Assembly: GCA_903848125.1 (NCBI GenBank)
Contig: CAINFN010000266.1
Location: 1 to 47,298 of the forward strand
Direction: 5' to 3'
Length of the DNA stretch: 47,298 nucleotides
Source: an uncultured Bacteroidota bacterium
GTDB lineage: Bacteria; Bacteroidota; Bacteroidia; Chitinophagales; Chitinophagaceae
The translations under genes and the position numbers were made by a program. Positions within the stretch are counted from its first letter, which is position 1; each line of letters begins with the position of its first letter. The notes under the pieces are model-generated. The model searched no databases, was not told the DNA's origin, and saw only the letters and a program-made list of their open reading frames with translations. Of the stretch, positions 8,812 to 18,376 are shown in pieces.

Positions 8812-11244
8812 ATGAAAAAATATTTATTACTATTGGCCTCTGTTTTTTTTGGTTTACTTACGCAAGCACAGCAATCAAAATTAGCCGTTTTAAATAAAAT
8901 ACATCTTCCCAATGGATGGACATTAAGTCCTGCTGGAAAGAGTTTACCACTTGGTGACTTCCCTTTAAATATAGCAGTGTCTTCCTCCAAAAAATACATG
9001 GGTATTACGAATAATGGACAAAGCAAACAAAGTATTCAATTGATCAATGTAGCCACCAATAAAGTGGTGGACAATATTAGTATTGGCAAGTCTTGGTTGG
9101 GTATTGCTTTTTCTAAAGACGAGAAAAATTTATACGCTTCTGGTGGGAATGACAATTGGATTTTAAAATACGATATAAAAAATGAAAAATTAATTTTAGT
9201 AGATTCAATTAAATTAGGCAATAAATGGCCTACTAAAATTTCGCCCGCCGGCATTTGTATTAATGATCAAAAAAATATTTTATACGTTGTCACTAAGGAC
9301 GATAGTTGTTTATATGAAATTAATTTGAGCAACAAAAAAATTATCAAAAAAACATTGCTGCCTGCCGAAGCTTATACTTGTGCTTTATCCAATGACAATT
9401 CAGCATTATACATTTCCATATGGGGAGATGAAAAATTACTTGTATACAATACTGAACAACAAAAAATTAGCCATCAAATTAAAACAGGGACACATCCAAA
9501 TGATTTTGCAATATCAAAAAATGGTAAGTTAATTTATGTGGCCAATGGAGAAGACAACAGTGTTTCAGTCATTGATATTAAAAATAGTAAAGTCATTGAA
9601 ACCCTTAACAGCGCGCTATATCCAGATGCGCCTACAGGTTCTGCTACCAATGGAATTGCATTAAGTGAAGATCAAAAAACTTTATACATTGCCAATGCTG
9701 ATAACAATTGTTTGGCTGTATTTGATGTGAGCCAAGTGGGGTCTTCAAAATCAAAAGGGTTTATTCCAGTGGGTTGGTATCCTACCAATGTTAAAGTTAT
9801 TGGAAATAAAATTTATGTAACCAATGGAAAAGGATTCACTTCTTTTGCTAATCCATTAGGACCAGATCCCTACAAAAAAAATGCACAACTAGGTGTACAA
9901 AAAGGATTATTAAAAAGCGTTAAAGATGTTCAATACATTGGTGGGTTGATGCAAGGCACTTTAAGTATTATTAATGTGCCAAGTGATAAACAATTAAGTT
10001 TATATGCACAAGCTGTTTATCAAAACACACCTTATACCAAAACCAATGAATTATTATCTAATGCAGAAAAAGGTTCTGTAATACCTCAAAAAGTAGGTGA
10101 TGCTTCTCCTATTAAACACGTTTTTTACATTGTAAAAGAAAACAGAACCTATGATCAAGTTTTAGGTGATGTGAAAGAAGGCAATGGAGATACAAGTTTG
10201 TGTTTGTTCGGTGAAAGAATTACACCCAACTTACATGCATTGGCAAAAGAATTTATTTTATTAGATAATTTTTATGTGGATGGCGAAGTAAGTGCCGATG
10301 GACACAATTGGTCATTGGGTGCTTATGCCAATGATTATTTAGAAAAAAATTGGGTCACCAGTTATGGTGGTCGTGGAGGTGGATATGATGCAGAAGGTAC
10401 CCGAGCTATAGCCAACAATAAAAATGGTTTTATTTGGGACTTTGCAAAACGAGCAGGCGTATCTTATAGAACTTACGGTGAGTTTGCAGATGATTACAAA
10501 CCAAATATTCCAGTTTTAAAAGATCACTTTTGTCCTTATTTTACAAGTTTTGATACCAAAATAAGAGATACTGTTAGGATGGGACAATGGAAACGTGATT
10601 TTGATTCTTTATTGGCCATTAATGCAGTACCTCAATTAAACACATTAAGATTTGTAAACGACCATACAGATGGAATGAGATTAGGCAAACCCTCTCCCAA
10701 TGCACATGTGGCAGACAATGATTTGGCAACAGGTATGTTTATAGACTATTTAAGCAAAAGCCCTATTTGGAATGAGAGTGTAGTATTTGTTGTTGAAGAT
10801 GATGCACAAGACGGTCCAGATCATGTAGATGCCCATCGAAGCCCTGCCTTTGTTGCAGGTGGATACGTGAAACGTAATTTTGTAGACCATACCATGTATT
10901 CAACCAGTTCTATCTTAAAAACAATAGAATTAATTCTTGGTATGCCCCCAATGAGTCAATACGATGCAGCTGCAACGCCGCTTTGGAGATGTTTTGAAAA
11001 AACGCCTAATTTGACTGGCTTTACCTATAAGCCATTGCGTTATGACATCAATGAAAAAAATACTGCCCATACTGCCATGCAAAGAAAAAGTGAGCTTTTT
11101 AACTTTAAAAAAGAAGACAGTATCAATGATCATGATTTTACCGAAGTGTTGTGGAAGGGTTTGAAAGGCGAAAATGCCGTGGTTCCGGCACCTAAAAGAG
11201 CCGCTTTTATTAAAGTAAATCCTAAAGTGGAGATAGATGATTAA
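8812..11244 (+). CDS. YncE/YVTN beta-propeller fused to a phosphoesterase (alkaline-phosphatase superfamily) domain, secreted
   Basis: Signal peptide; propeller repeats (IYVANGEDNSVSVID, LYIANADNN); IKHVFYIVKENRTYDQVLGD, SADGH, NDHT and EDDAQDGPDHVDAHR motifs. Confidence 0.85.
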   Translation: MKKYLLLLASVFFGLLTQAQQSKLAVLNKIHLPNGWTLSPAGKSLPLGDFPLNIAVSSSKKYMGITNNGQSKQSIQLINVATNKVVDNISIGKSWLGIAFSKDEKNLYASGGNDNWILKYDIKNEKLILVDSIKLGNKWPTKISPAGICINDQKNILYVVTKDDSCLYEINLSNKKIIKKTLLPAEAYTCALSNDNSALYISIWGDEKLLVYNTEQQKISHQIKTGTHPNDFAISKNGKLIYVANGEDNSVSVIDIKNSKVIETLNSALYPDAPTGSATNGIALSEDQKTLYIANADNNCLAVFDVSQVGSSKSKGFIPVGWYPTNVKVIGNKIYVTNGKGFTSFANPLGPDPYKKNAQLGVQKGLLKSVKDVQYIGGLMQGTLSIINVPSDKQLSLYAQAVYQNTPYTKTNELLSNAEKGSVIPQKVGDASPIKHVFYIVKENRTYDQVLGDVKEGNGDTSLCLFGERITPNLHALAKEFILLDNFYVDGEVSADGHNWSLGAYANDYLEKNWVTSYGGRGGGYDAEGTRAIANNKNGFIWDFAKRAGVSYRTYGEFADDYKPNIPVLKDHFCPYFTSFDTKIRDTVRMGQWKRDFDSLLAINAVPQLNTLRFVNDHTDGMRLGKPSPNAHVADNDLATGMFIDYLSKSPIWNESVVFVVEDDAQDGPDHVDAHRSPAFVAGGYVKRNFVDHTMYSTSSILKTIELILGMPPMSQYDAAATPLWRCFEKTPNLTGFTYKPLRYDINEKNTAHTAMQRKSELFNFKKEDSINDHDFTEVLWKGLKGENAVVPAPKRAAFIKVNPKVEIDD

Positions 11245-11275
11245 GGGGTAGAAAAACTAACGTGTATTTTATACG

Positions 11276-11314
11276 CAAAAAGGCCAGTTTCTAATGGAGA
11301 CTGGCCTTTTTTTT
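11276..11314 (+). terminator. Intrinsic terminator
   Basis: aggccagtttc-taatg-gagactggcct stem followed by a T run; it also argues that ATG 11294 is not the real start of the next gene. Confidence 0.85.
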
Positions 11315-11356
11315 GCTAAAAATCTTATCTTAGTAAACACGATAAAAAAATCAAAT

Positions 11357-12382
11357 ATGAAAAGAAGTGCTTTTATAAAAAACACCGTTGTTTCTACTGC
11401 TGGATTGTTTCTTACTAAAAATTTAATGCGTCCAGTTCAAGGGCAAGTATATGGTCAAAATGGAATGACTTACCAATTAAATACCAACTGGGGAACTTTG
11501 AATGCAGATAAAACTCCAGTGAATGATTGTCATGAAATGATTCAAGATGGAAAAGGAAGAATTCTTTTATTGACCAACGAAACAAAAAATAATATTATCA
11601 TCTATAATAAAAGTGGTCGTCTTATTGATACTTGGGGTAGCCAATTTCCAGGTGCACATGGTCTTACAGTTCAGCACAATGGTAAAGAAGATTTTTTATT
11701 TATTACAGATACCAATAACCATCAAGTTTATAAAACCACCATTGATGGTAAAATTTTATTGACCATTGACCCCCCTGCAGATGTACCAGCTTATCAAAAA
11801 AAGGAAGCTTTTGTTCCTACAGAAACAACGGTATTAGCCAATGGTGATTTTTACATTGCTGATGGATATGGCGCTCAACATATTTTGCATTATGATGAAA
11901 AAGGAAAATTAAAAAATGTATTTGGAGGAAGAGGAACAGGTGATGAACATTTAGACAATGCACATGGTATTTGTGTAGATTACCGCAATGCCAAGCCTAC
12001 CTTAATTATCACCGATCGAACTAGAAATGCATTTAAGCGTTTTTCTATGGATGGTAAATTGTTGGAAGTAATTCATTTGCCTGGCGCATGTGTATGCCGT
12101 CCTGTTATTAAAGGTGATTATTTATATGCAGCCGTATTGCGTTCTCCAAATTTAGATACTGTTAATTCTGGCTTTGTGACCATTTTAGACAAAGACAATA
12201 AAGTAGTTTCTAATTTAGGTGGCACGGCTCCTGTATATGAAAACAATGTGTTACAACCTATGGCACAAAAAGAAAAAATATTTGTTCATCCTCACGATGT
12301 TTGCGTTGATGATGAAGGAAGTATTTACGTTGCACAATGGGCTTCAGGAAAAGTGTATCCTTATAAATTTACAAGAGTATAA
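11357..12382 (+). CDS. NHL-repeat six-bladed beta-propeller, peptidyl-alpha-hydroxyglycine alpha-amidating lyase (PAL)-like
   Basis: GAHGL, FYIADGYG, NAHGI, ITDR and HPHDVCVD motifs; likely start MKRSAFIK (degenerate Tat-like signal) at 11357. Confidence 0.75.
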   Translation: MKRSAFIKNTVVSTAGLFLTKNLMRPVQGQVYGQNGMTYQLNTNWGTLNADKTPVNDCHEMIQDGKGRILLLTNETKNNIIIYNKSGRLIDTWGSQFPGAHGLTVQHNGKEDFLFITDTNNHQVYKTTIDGKILLTIDPPADVPAYQKKEAFVPTETTVLANGDFYIADGYGAQHILHYDEKGKLKNVFGGRGTGDEHLDNAHGICVDYRNAKPTLIITDRTRNAFKRFSMDGKLLEVIHLPGACVCRPVIKGDYLYAAVLRSPNLDTVNSGFVTILDKDNKVVSNLGGTAPVYENNVLQPMAQKEKIFVHPHDVCVDDEGSIYVAQWASGKVYPYKFTRV

Positions 12383-12427
12383 TAAACTTGCATTTTATTT
12401 CGATTGAATTTTTTACTAAAATTAATT

Positions 12428-14764
12428 ATGAAAAGATATACCTTATTAGGAATAATACTAATTGTTACTGGGCTAGTATATGGCGTGGTTAAGTATACCT
12501 ATGCAAAAAAGGAAGCTTCCAATGCGCTAGTATCCTATAATAGAGAGATACGTCCTTTGTTATCAGACAAATGTTTTTCATGTCATGGACCTGATGTATC
12601 AAAAGTAAAAGCTGGTTTAAGATTAGATATACCCGCAAGTGCCTTTGGAGAATTAGAAAAAAATAAAGGGCGTTTTGCCATTGTTCCTGGACAACCAGAC
12701 AAAAGTGAATTAATAAAGCGTATTGCATCCAACGATCCAGCCATCATGATGCCTATGCCAGAGAGTCACTTAACTAGATTAACAACCGAAGAAATTAATT
12801 TATTTAAAAGATGGATTGAGCAAGGTGCTAAGTATGAAAAACATTGGGCTTTTGTGGCTCCAGTAAAAGCGAAGCTTCCTGAGGTAGACCACAGCAGTTG
12901 GGTAAAAAATGAGATCGATCCATTTATTTTACAAAAAATGGAACAAAAAGGATTTAGTCCCAATGATCCAGCAACCAAAGAAACACTTATCAAAAGGGCT
13001 TATGCTGATATTTTAGGAATAGCCCCTTCTTTTGATGAATTAAATCGTTGGAATAATGTTTCAAGTGAAAATTGGTACGCCGAACTGATTGACCAGTTGT
13101 TAAAAAAACCAGCTTATGGTGAAAAAATGGCACTGTTATGGATGGATCTAGCGCGCTACTCTGATTCCTATGGTTTCCAGGATGATAATATAAGATCACA
13201 ATGGCCTTGGAGAGATTGGGTAATCAATGCCTTCAATACTAACTTATCTTATGATCAATTTTTAACTCAACAAATTGCGGGTGATTTAATGCCCAATGCT
13301 ACTAAGTCAAATATTTTAGCCACTGCCTTTTTTAGAAATCATAAATACACCGAAGAAGGGGGTGTGATTGAAGAAGAATATAGAGTGTCCTACAATATCG
13401 ATAAAACAAGAACTTATGGAAAAGCCATTTTAGGGGTAACCATAGAATGTGCTCAGTGTCATGATCATAAATACGATCCCTTCTCCAATAAAGATTATTA
13501 TCAATTGTATGCTTTTTTTAACATGAGTAAAGAAAAAGGGTTTGAGGGTGATGTAAGTACTTCTACTCCTGCAAAAAATCCTAAAGTATTTATTGATGCC
13601 ACTGAAAGAAATAAGTTAATGACCTTTATCAATCAACCAGATACCAATAAATTAGAAGTGTCTGTAATGGGTGATTGGAAATTAACTGATACGGTAAAAG
13701 CAAGACCCACTTATATTTTAAGCAGAGGTAGATATGATGCACCCACTACCATTGAAGTAAAACCTACAGGATTAGAATCTATTCTGCCTTATGATTCTTT
13801 AAAGTATGAACGCAATCGATTGGGCTTAGCCAAATGGACTGTTGAAAAAAAGAATCCATTAACAGCAAGGGTATTTGTAAATTTTATTTGGCAGGAGATT
13901 TTTGGGAAGGGTATAGTTAAAACTTCAAGTGATTATGGTTTACAAGGAGAGCTTCCTTCACATCCCGAATTACTAGATTGGTTAGCAGTTGATTTTATGG
14001 AACACAACTGGGATATAAAATATTTAATTAAAAAAATTCTTACGAGCAATACCTATCAACAATCTAGTGTAGTAAGTAAAAAACAATTGGAAAAAGATCC
14101 TGAAAATATTTATTATACCAGATCGCCTCGTCTTAGATTTAAAGCAGAAATTGTGAGAGATTGGGTATTAAGCACAAGTGGTTTATTAAATACTGCTATT
14201 GGAGGGCCAAGTGTAAAACCATACCAACCAAAAGGGGTATGGGAGAGTACTACTTCTGGTAGAGGTGTATTGGCTACTTACAAGCAAGACCATGGACCTT
14301 CTATATACAGAAGAGGTTTGTATACTTTTATTAAATTAACTGCACCTCCACCAAGCATGATGGTTTTTGATGCTAGTAATAGAGACCAATGCGAAGCCAA
14401 GAGAGCAAGCACCAATACACAATTACAAGCTTTGACAATGTTAAATGATCCTGCTGTCCTAGAAGCCTCTAGAGTACTTGCAGAAAATATTTCCTTGTCT
14501 AATAAAAGCATGGAGGAAAAAATTGAGCAGGCTTTTCAAACGATCATGATCAGAAAGCCTTCCAAATTTGAAAAAAATAAGTTAACTGCATTTTGTGAAA
14601 ATCAAATTACATTTTTCAATGCTAATCCAACCTTATTAAAAAATACAATAGACGTTGGAGAGTATGCGCATCCTACAAAAAAATACAATACGGTTGAAAC
14701 AGCTGCTTTAATGAAAGCAATACTTATACTTTATAACTTAGAAGAAACAATTACAAAATCATAA
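12428..14764 (+). CDS. Planctomycete-type cytochrome c protein, PSCyt1 + DUF1549 (PSCyt2) + DUF1553 (PSD1), copy 1
   Basis: CFSCH (12572-12586) and CAQCHDHKYDP (from 13448) haem-binding motifs; HWAF, WMDLARYSD, WPWRDWVI, NPLTARVFVN, PSHPELLDWLA, QALTMLN. Likely start ATG 12428; N-terminal hydrophobic anchor. Confidence 0.9.
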   Translation: MKRYTLLGIILIVTGLVYGVVKYTYAKKEASNALVSYNREIRPLLSDKCFSCHGPDVSKVKAGLRLDIPASAFGELEKNKGRFAIVPGQPDKSELIKRIASNDPAIMMPMPESHLTRLTTEEINLFKRWIEQGAKYEKHWAFVAPVKAKLPEVDHSSWVKNEIDPFILQKMEQKGFSPNDPATKETLIKRAYADILGIAPSFDELNRWNNVSSENWYAELIDQLLKKPAYGEKMALLWMDLARYSDSYGFQDDNIRSQWPWRDWVINAFNTNLSYDQFLTQQIAGDLMPNATKSNILATAFFRNHKYTEEGGVIEEEYRVSYNIDKTRTYGKAILGVTIECAQCHDHKYDPFSNKDYYQLYAFFNMSKEKGFEGDVSTSTPAKNPKVFIDATERNKLMTFINQPDTNKLEVSVMGDWKLTDTVKARPTYILSRGRYDAPTTIEVKPTGLESILPYDSLKYERNRLGLAKWTVEKKNPLTARVFVNFIWQEIFGKGIVKTSSDYGLQGELPSHPELLDWLAVDFMEHNWDIKYLIKKILTSNTYQQSSVVSKKQLEKDPENIYYTRSPRLRFKAEIVRDWVLSTSGLLNTAIGGPSVKPYQPKGVWESTTSGRGVLATYKQDHGPSIYRRGLYTFIKLTAPPPSMMVFDASNRDQCEAKRASTNTQLQALTMLNDPAVLEASRVLAENISLSNKSMEEKIEQAFQTIMIRKPSKFEKNKLTAFCENQITFFNANPTLLKNTIDVGEYAHPTKKYNTVETAALMKAILILYNLEETITKS

Positions 14765-14773
14765 ACTACAGAT

Positions 14774-16219
14774 ATGAATGAATTTTTAGAGCATGGCTTA
14801 AATCAAAATCGTCGTAAATTTTTATCTAAATTAAGTTTAGGTATTGGCGGTTTGGCATTGGGTTCCTTAATGGTACCGGGCATTTTTGATGCAAGCAATG
14901 AAGAAGAACTTTTTACCAATGTATTGCCTCACTTTGCACCAAAAGCAAAGCGCGTTATTTACTTGTTTCAAAATGGCGCTCCATCTCAATTAGATCTTTT
15001 CGATTATAAACCTTTGCTGCAAAAAATGCAGGGGTCTGATTTGCCAGCAAGTATTCGAATGGGACAACGATTAACGGGTATGACTGCTAATCAAACAAAA
15101 CTACCATTGGCTGGTACTAAATTTAATTTCACTCAACATGGCAGCCATGGCGCGTGGTTTAGTGAAACACTTCCTCATATAGCAAGCATGGCCGATGATC
15201 TTTGTATTGTAAAAACAATGTATACCGAAGCCATTAACCATGATCCAGCACTTACCTTTTTTCAAACAGGATCTCAGGTAGGTAATCGTCCAAGTATGGG
15301 CTCTTGGATTAGTTATGGTTTAGGCAGTGAAAATAAAAATTTACCTGCATTTTGTGTTTTACTAAGTAAGGGAAAAGGAAATGGACAAGGGGTTTATTCA
15401 AAATTATGGAACAACGGCTTTTTAGATTCAATACACCAAGGTGTTCAATTTAGTAGTGGAGAAGAGCCAGTAAAATATTTAACCGATCCTGAATTTATTA
15501 AACGTACAGATAAACGTGTGATGCTGGACGAAATAGCTGCACTAAATCAAGCTTCTTATGATAAGATTGGTGATCCTGAGATTGTTACTAAAATACAACA
15601 GTATGAACTGGCCTATAGAATGCAAATGGCAGTTCCAGAAATTACTTCTTTACAAAATGAACCAGAATCCATTGTAAAAATGTATGGTCCAGAATGTTTA
15701 ATTCCGGGCACCTATGCAGCCAATTGTTTATTGGCTAGAAAGCTTTCTGAAAATGGAGTAAGATTTGTGCAGTTGTACCATCAAGGTTGGGACACACATG
15801 GTAATTTACCTAAAGAAATTGAAGGACAATGTAGAGATGTAGATCAATCTTCTGCTGCTTTGATAAAAGATTTAAAACAAAGAGGTCTGTTAGATGAAAC
15901 ATTGGTCATCTGGGGTGGAGAATTTGGAAGAACTAATTATTGTCAAGGTGCTTTAACTAAAGATAATTATGGAAGAGATCATCATCCAAAATGTTTTACT
16001 ATTTGGATGGCAGGCGGTGGTGTAAAGCCAGGCGTGCACGGAGAAACAGACGACTTTGGCTATAATATTAATTCATTGCCCGTTCATGTGCACGATTTTC
16101 AAGCAACAGTAATGCACTTGATGGGTATTGATCACGAACGTTTTACATTCAAACACCAAGGAAGAAGATATCGATTAACTGATGTCGCTGGTAAAGTAGT
16201 TAATGAAATTATTAGTTAA
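14774..16219 (+). CDS. DUF1501 family protein (Tat-exported, alkaline-phosphatase/sulfatase-like fold), copy 1
   Basis: NRRKFL signal; PHFAPKAKRVIYLF, PSQLDLFDYKP, RPSMGSW, GWDTH, WGGEFGRT, GRDHH, RLTDV. Confidence 0.92.
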   Translation: MNEFLEHGLNQNRRKFLSKLSLGIGGLALGSLMVPGIFDASNEEELFTNVLPHFAPKAKRVIYLFQNGAPSQLDLFDYKPLLQKMQGSDLPASIRMGQRLTGMTANQTKLPLAGTKFNFTQHGSHGAWFSETLPHIASMADDLCIVKTMYTEAINHDPALTFFQTGSQVGNRPSMGSWISYGLGSENKNLPAFCVLLSKGKGNGQGVYSKLWNNGFLDSIHQGVQFSSGEEPVKYLTDPEFIKRTDKRVMLDEIAALNQASYDKIGDPEIVTKIQQYELAYRMQMAVPEITSLQNEPESIVKMYGPECLIPGTYAANCLLARKLSENGVRFVQLYHQGWDTHGNLPKEIEGQCRDVDQSSAALIKDLKQRGLLDETLVIWGGEFGRTNYCQGALTKDNYGRDHHPKCFTIWMAGGGVKPGVHGETDDFGYNINSLPVHVHDFQATVMHLMGIDHERFTFKHQGRRYRLTDVAGKVVNEIIS

Positions 16220-16221
16220 GC

Positions 16222-18360
16222 ATGCACTTTAAAAAATTTATTCAATGGGGTGAAGGATTACTATGGTTATTAAATCCACTCCTTATCATTTTAGCCATAT
16301 TTAATGATTCCACAAAAATCAATCTAGGTTTAGCTTGGCTTGGGAAATTCCATCCCTTGCTATTACATTTTCCCATAGTCTTAGGTATTGGCATTGTGAT
16401 TTATTTGGTTTTCTTCGCACATCAACGATTAGCAGCTAATTTAGAAAAATCATTGTTTGTAGGAAATGCACTATTAGCAACCCTCGTTGCCTTATTTGGA
16501 TTGTTCTTATCCAAACAAGATGCTTATGATAAAACAATTGTTGATTTACATAAATGGGGTGGCGTAGCTATTGCATTTATCAGTTGGGGATTTGTATACA
16601 TAGGCGAAATAAAAATTAATTGGAAAAAGGGATTGGGTGTTGTTTACTTATTGGTATTATTAATTTTTACACATAAAGGAGCACAATTAACACATGGCGA
16701 AGATGTGCTTTCATTACCTCATCCAGCACCGGCGGTTGCACAAGAAGAAAATAAAATTGATAGCAATATCACCGTGTATGAAAAAGCCATTGCACCTATC
16801 TTAGAACAAAAATGTGTGAGTTGTCATGGAACTGAAAAAATAAAAGGAAACCTTCAACTGAATACACCAGAACTTATTATCAAAGGTGGCAAAAACGGTA
16901 ATTTATTAACTGGCATCAACAATCAAGAAGCATTGTTATTACAAAGAATTCATTTACCTAACACAGATGAAAAACATATGCCGCCCGATGGTAAGCTTCA
17001 ACTTACATTGGAAGAGCTTAATTTATTAAGCAAATGGGTAAAGGCAGGTGGAGATTTTAAGAAAAAATTAAATGAATTAGCCAATACAGATACCTTAAGC
17101 CTATTAGCCAACGCTTATAAGGCTCCTAAAAAAGGAGAGGATAACAATAAAAATAATTCACCCGATTTGAAGCAATACAATACCAGCTATTGTACTGTAT
17201 ATTATTCTTACTTTGGATCAGAGGAGGTTTTTGTTGACTTTTTCCAAGGTTCCTTTTATAAATCTGAGTCGTTAAAAAAATTAGCGCCTATAAAAGATAA
17301 AGTGGCAAGTTTAAACATGCAAGGAATGCCGCTTACTAAAGAAGATGTCGCGATGATCAGTTCTTTTTCAAACCTAAGAAAATTAAATGTTAATTATTCT
17401 AAGCTTACTTTAAATGAATTGGCTCCATTAAAGAGCTTACTAAAATTAAAAAATATTTCTATCTGTGGGATTGACTTAAACCCCACCACTTTGGCTTCCT
17501 TTATTGAAAATGCTCCATTCACGTTAGTACATATTTGGAATAATAAAACCAACGAAAAAGAGTATGCTGCTTTAATGGCTAGTAATAAAAAAACTAAAAT
17601 AATTATTGGAGATAATTTAGACAATGAAATTTTAAAAATTACTAATCCGGTTATTGAACAGGATTCAAGTATTATTGTTAACCACTTAGATGTAACATTG
17701 AAACATTTTATGAAAGGGGCCATTATTAGGTATACCATTGACGGAAGCATACCAGATTCCATTAATAGTCCCATTTACAATAAGAAATTCCAACTTACCA
17801 AAAGCGGTACGTTAAAAACTAAGGCTTTTAAACCAGGTTGGTTAAGTAGTGATGTCATAGAAAAAACATTTTACAAATCTGAAATTCATCCCGACTCCAT
17901 TTATTTTGTAACCCAACCAGATAAAAAATACGCCGGTAAAGGGGCCAAAACACTCGTTGATTATGAGTTAGGCGAACAAAATTTTTCAGGAGGAAAATGG
18001 CTTGCTTATAAAGACAGCAACATGGTTTTTATAACCAGTTTTGTACAACCAAAACAATTGAACCATGCTAATTTTAACGCTTTCATTGATATGGGCGCTT
18101 ATATCTTTCCTATTATTTCTATTAAAATTGAAGGCAGTAATGATGGCAAATCATTTAAATATTTAAATGAAGCTAAATTTCCCTCGCTTGAAAAAACAAA
18201 TATGTTTAGAGGCAACAAGTCATTCGATTGTTCCTTCCCAGCCAATAAAGCTTTTAAATATTATAGATTTACATTACAAAATGTAAAAAAATTACCAGTT
18301 TGGCATCCAGGAAAAGGTACGCCTGGATGGATATTTGTTGACGAATTATTTTTAGACTAA
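16222..18360 (+). CDS. Membrane DUF2231-like + planctomycete cytochrome c + LRR + FN3-associated + discoidin/F5-8-like protein
   Basis: Hydrophobic N-terminus with FHPLLLHFP, LHKWGG and THKGAQLTHG; CVSCH (16813-16827) and HMPP; LRKLNVNYS-type LRRs; IRYTIDGSIP; C-terminal WHPGKG..GWIFVDE. Confidence 0.8.
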   Translation: MHFKKFIQWGEGLLWLLNPLLIILAIFNDSTKINLGLAWLGKFHPLLLHFPIVLGIGIVIYLVFFAHQRLAANLEKSLFVGNALLATLVALFGLFLSKQDAYDKTIVDLHKWGGVAIAFISWGFVYIGEIKINWKKGLGVVYLLVLLIFTHKGAQLTHGEDVLSLPHPAPAVAQEENKIDSNITVYEKAIAPILEQKCVSCHGTEKIKGNLQLNTPELIIKGGKNGNLLTGINNQEALLLQRIHLPNTDEKHMPPDGKLQLTLEELNLLSKWVKAGGDFKKKLNELANTDTLSLLANAYKAPKKGEDNNKNNSPDLKQYNTSYCTVYYSYFGSEEVFVDFFQGSFYKSESLKKLAPIKDKVASLNMQGMPLTKEDVAMISSFSNLRKLNVNYSKLTLNELAPLKSLLKLKNISICGIDLNPTTLASFIENAPFTLVHIWNNKTNEKEYAALMASNKKTKIIIGDNLDNEILKITNPVIEQDSSIIVNHLDVTLKHFMKGAIIRYTIDGSIPDSINSPIYNKKFQLTKSGTLKTKAFKPGWLSSDVIEKTFYKSEIHPDSIYFVTQPDKKYAGKGAKTLVDYELGEQNFSGGKWLAYKDSNMVFITSFVQPKQLNHANFNAFIDMGAYIFPIISIKIEGSNDGKSFKYLNEAKFPSLEKTNMFRGNKSFDCSFPANKAFKYYRFTLQNVKKLPVWHPGKGTPGWIFVDELFLD

Positions 18361-18376
18361 TCCTTTTATAAATTAT

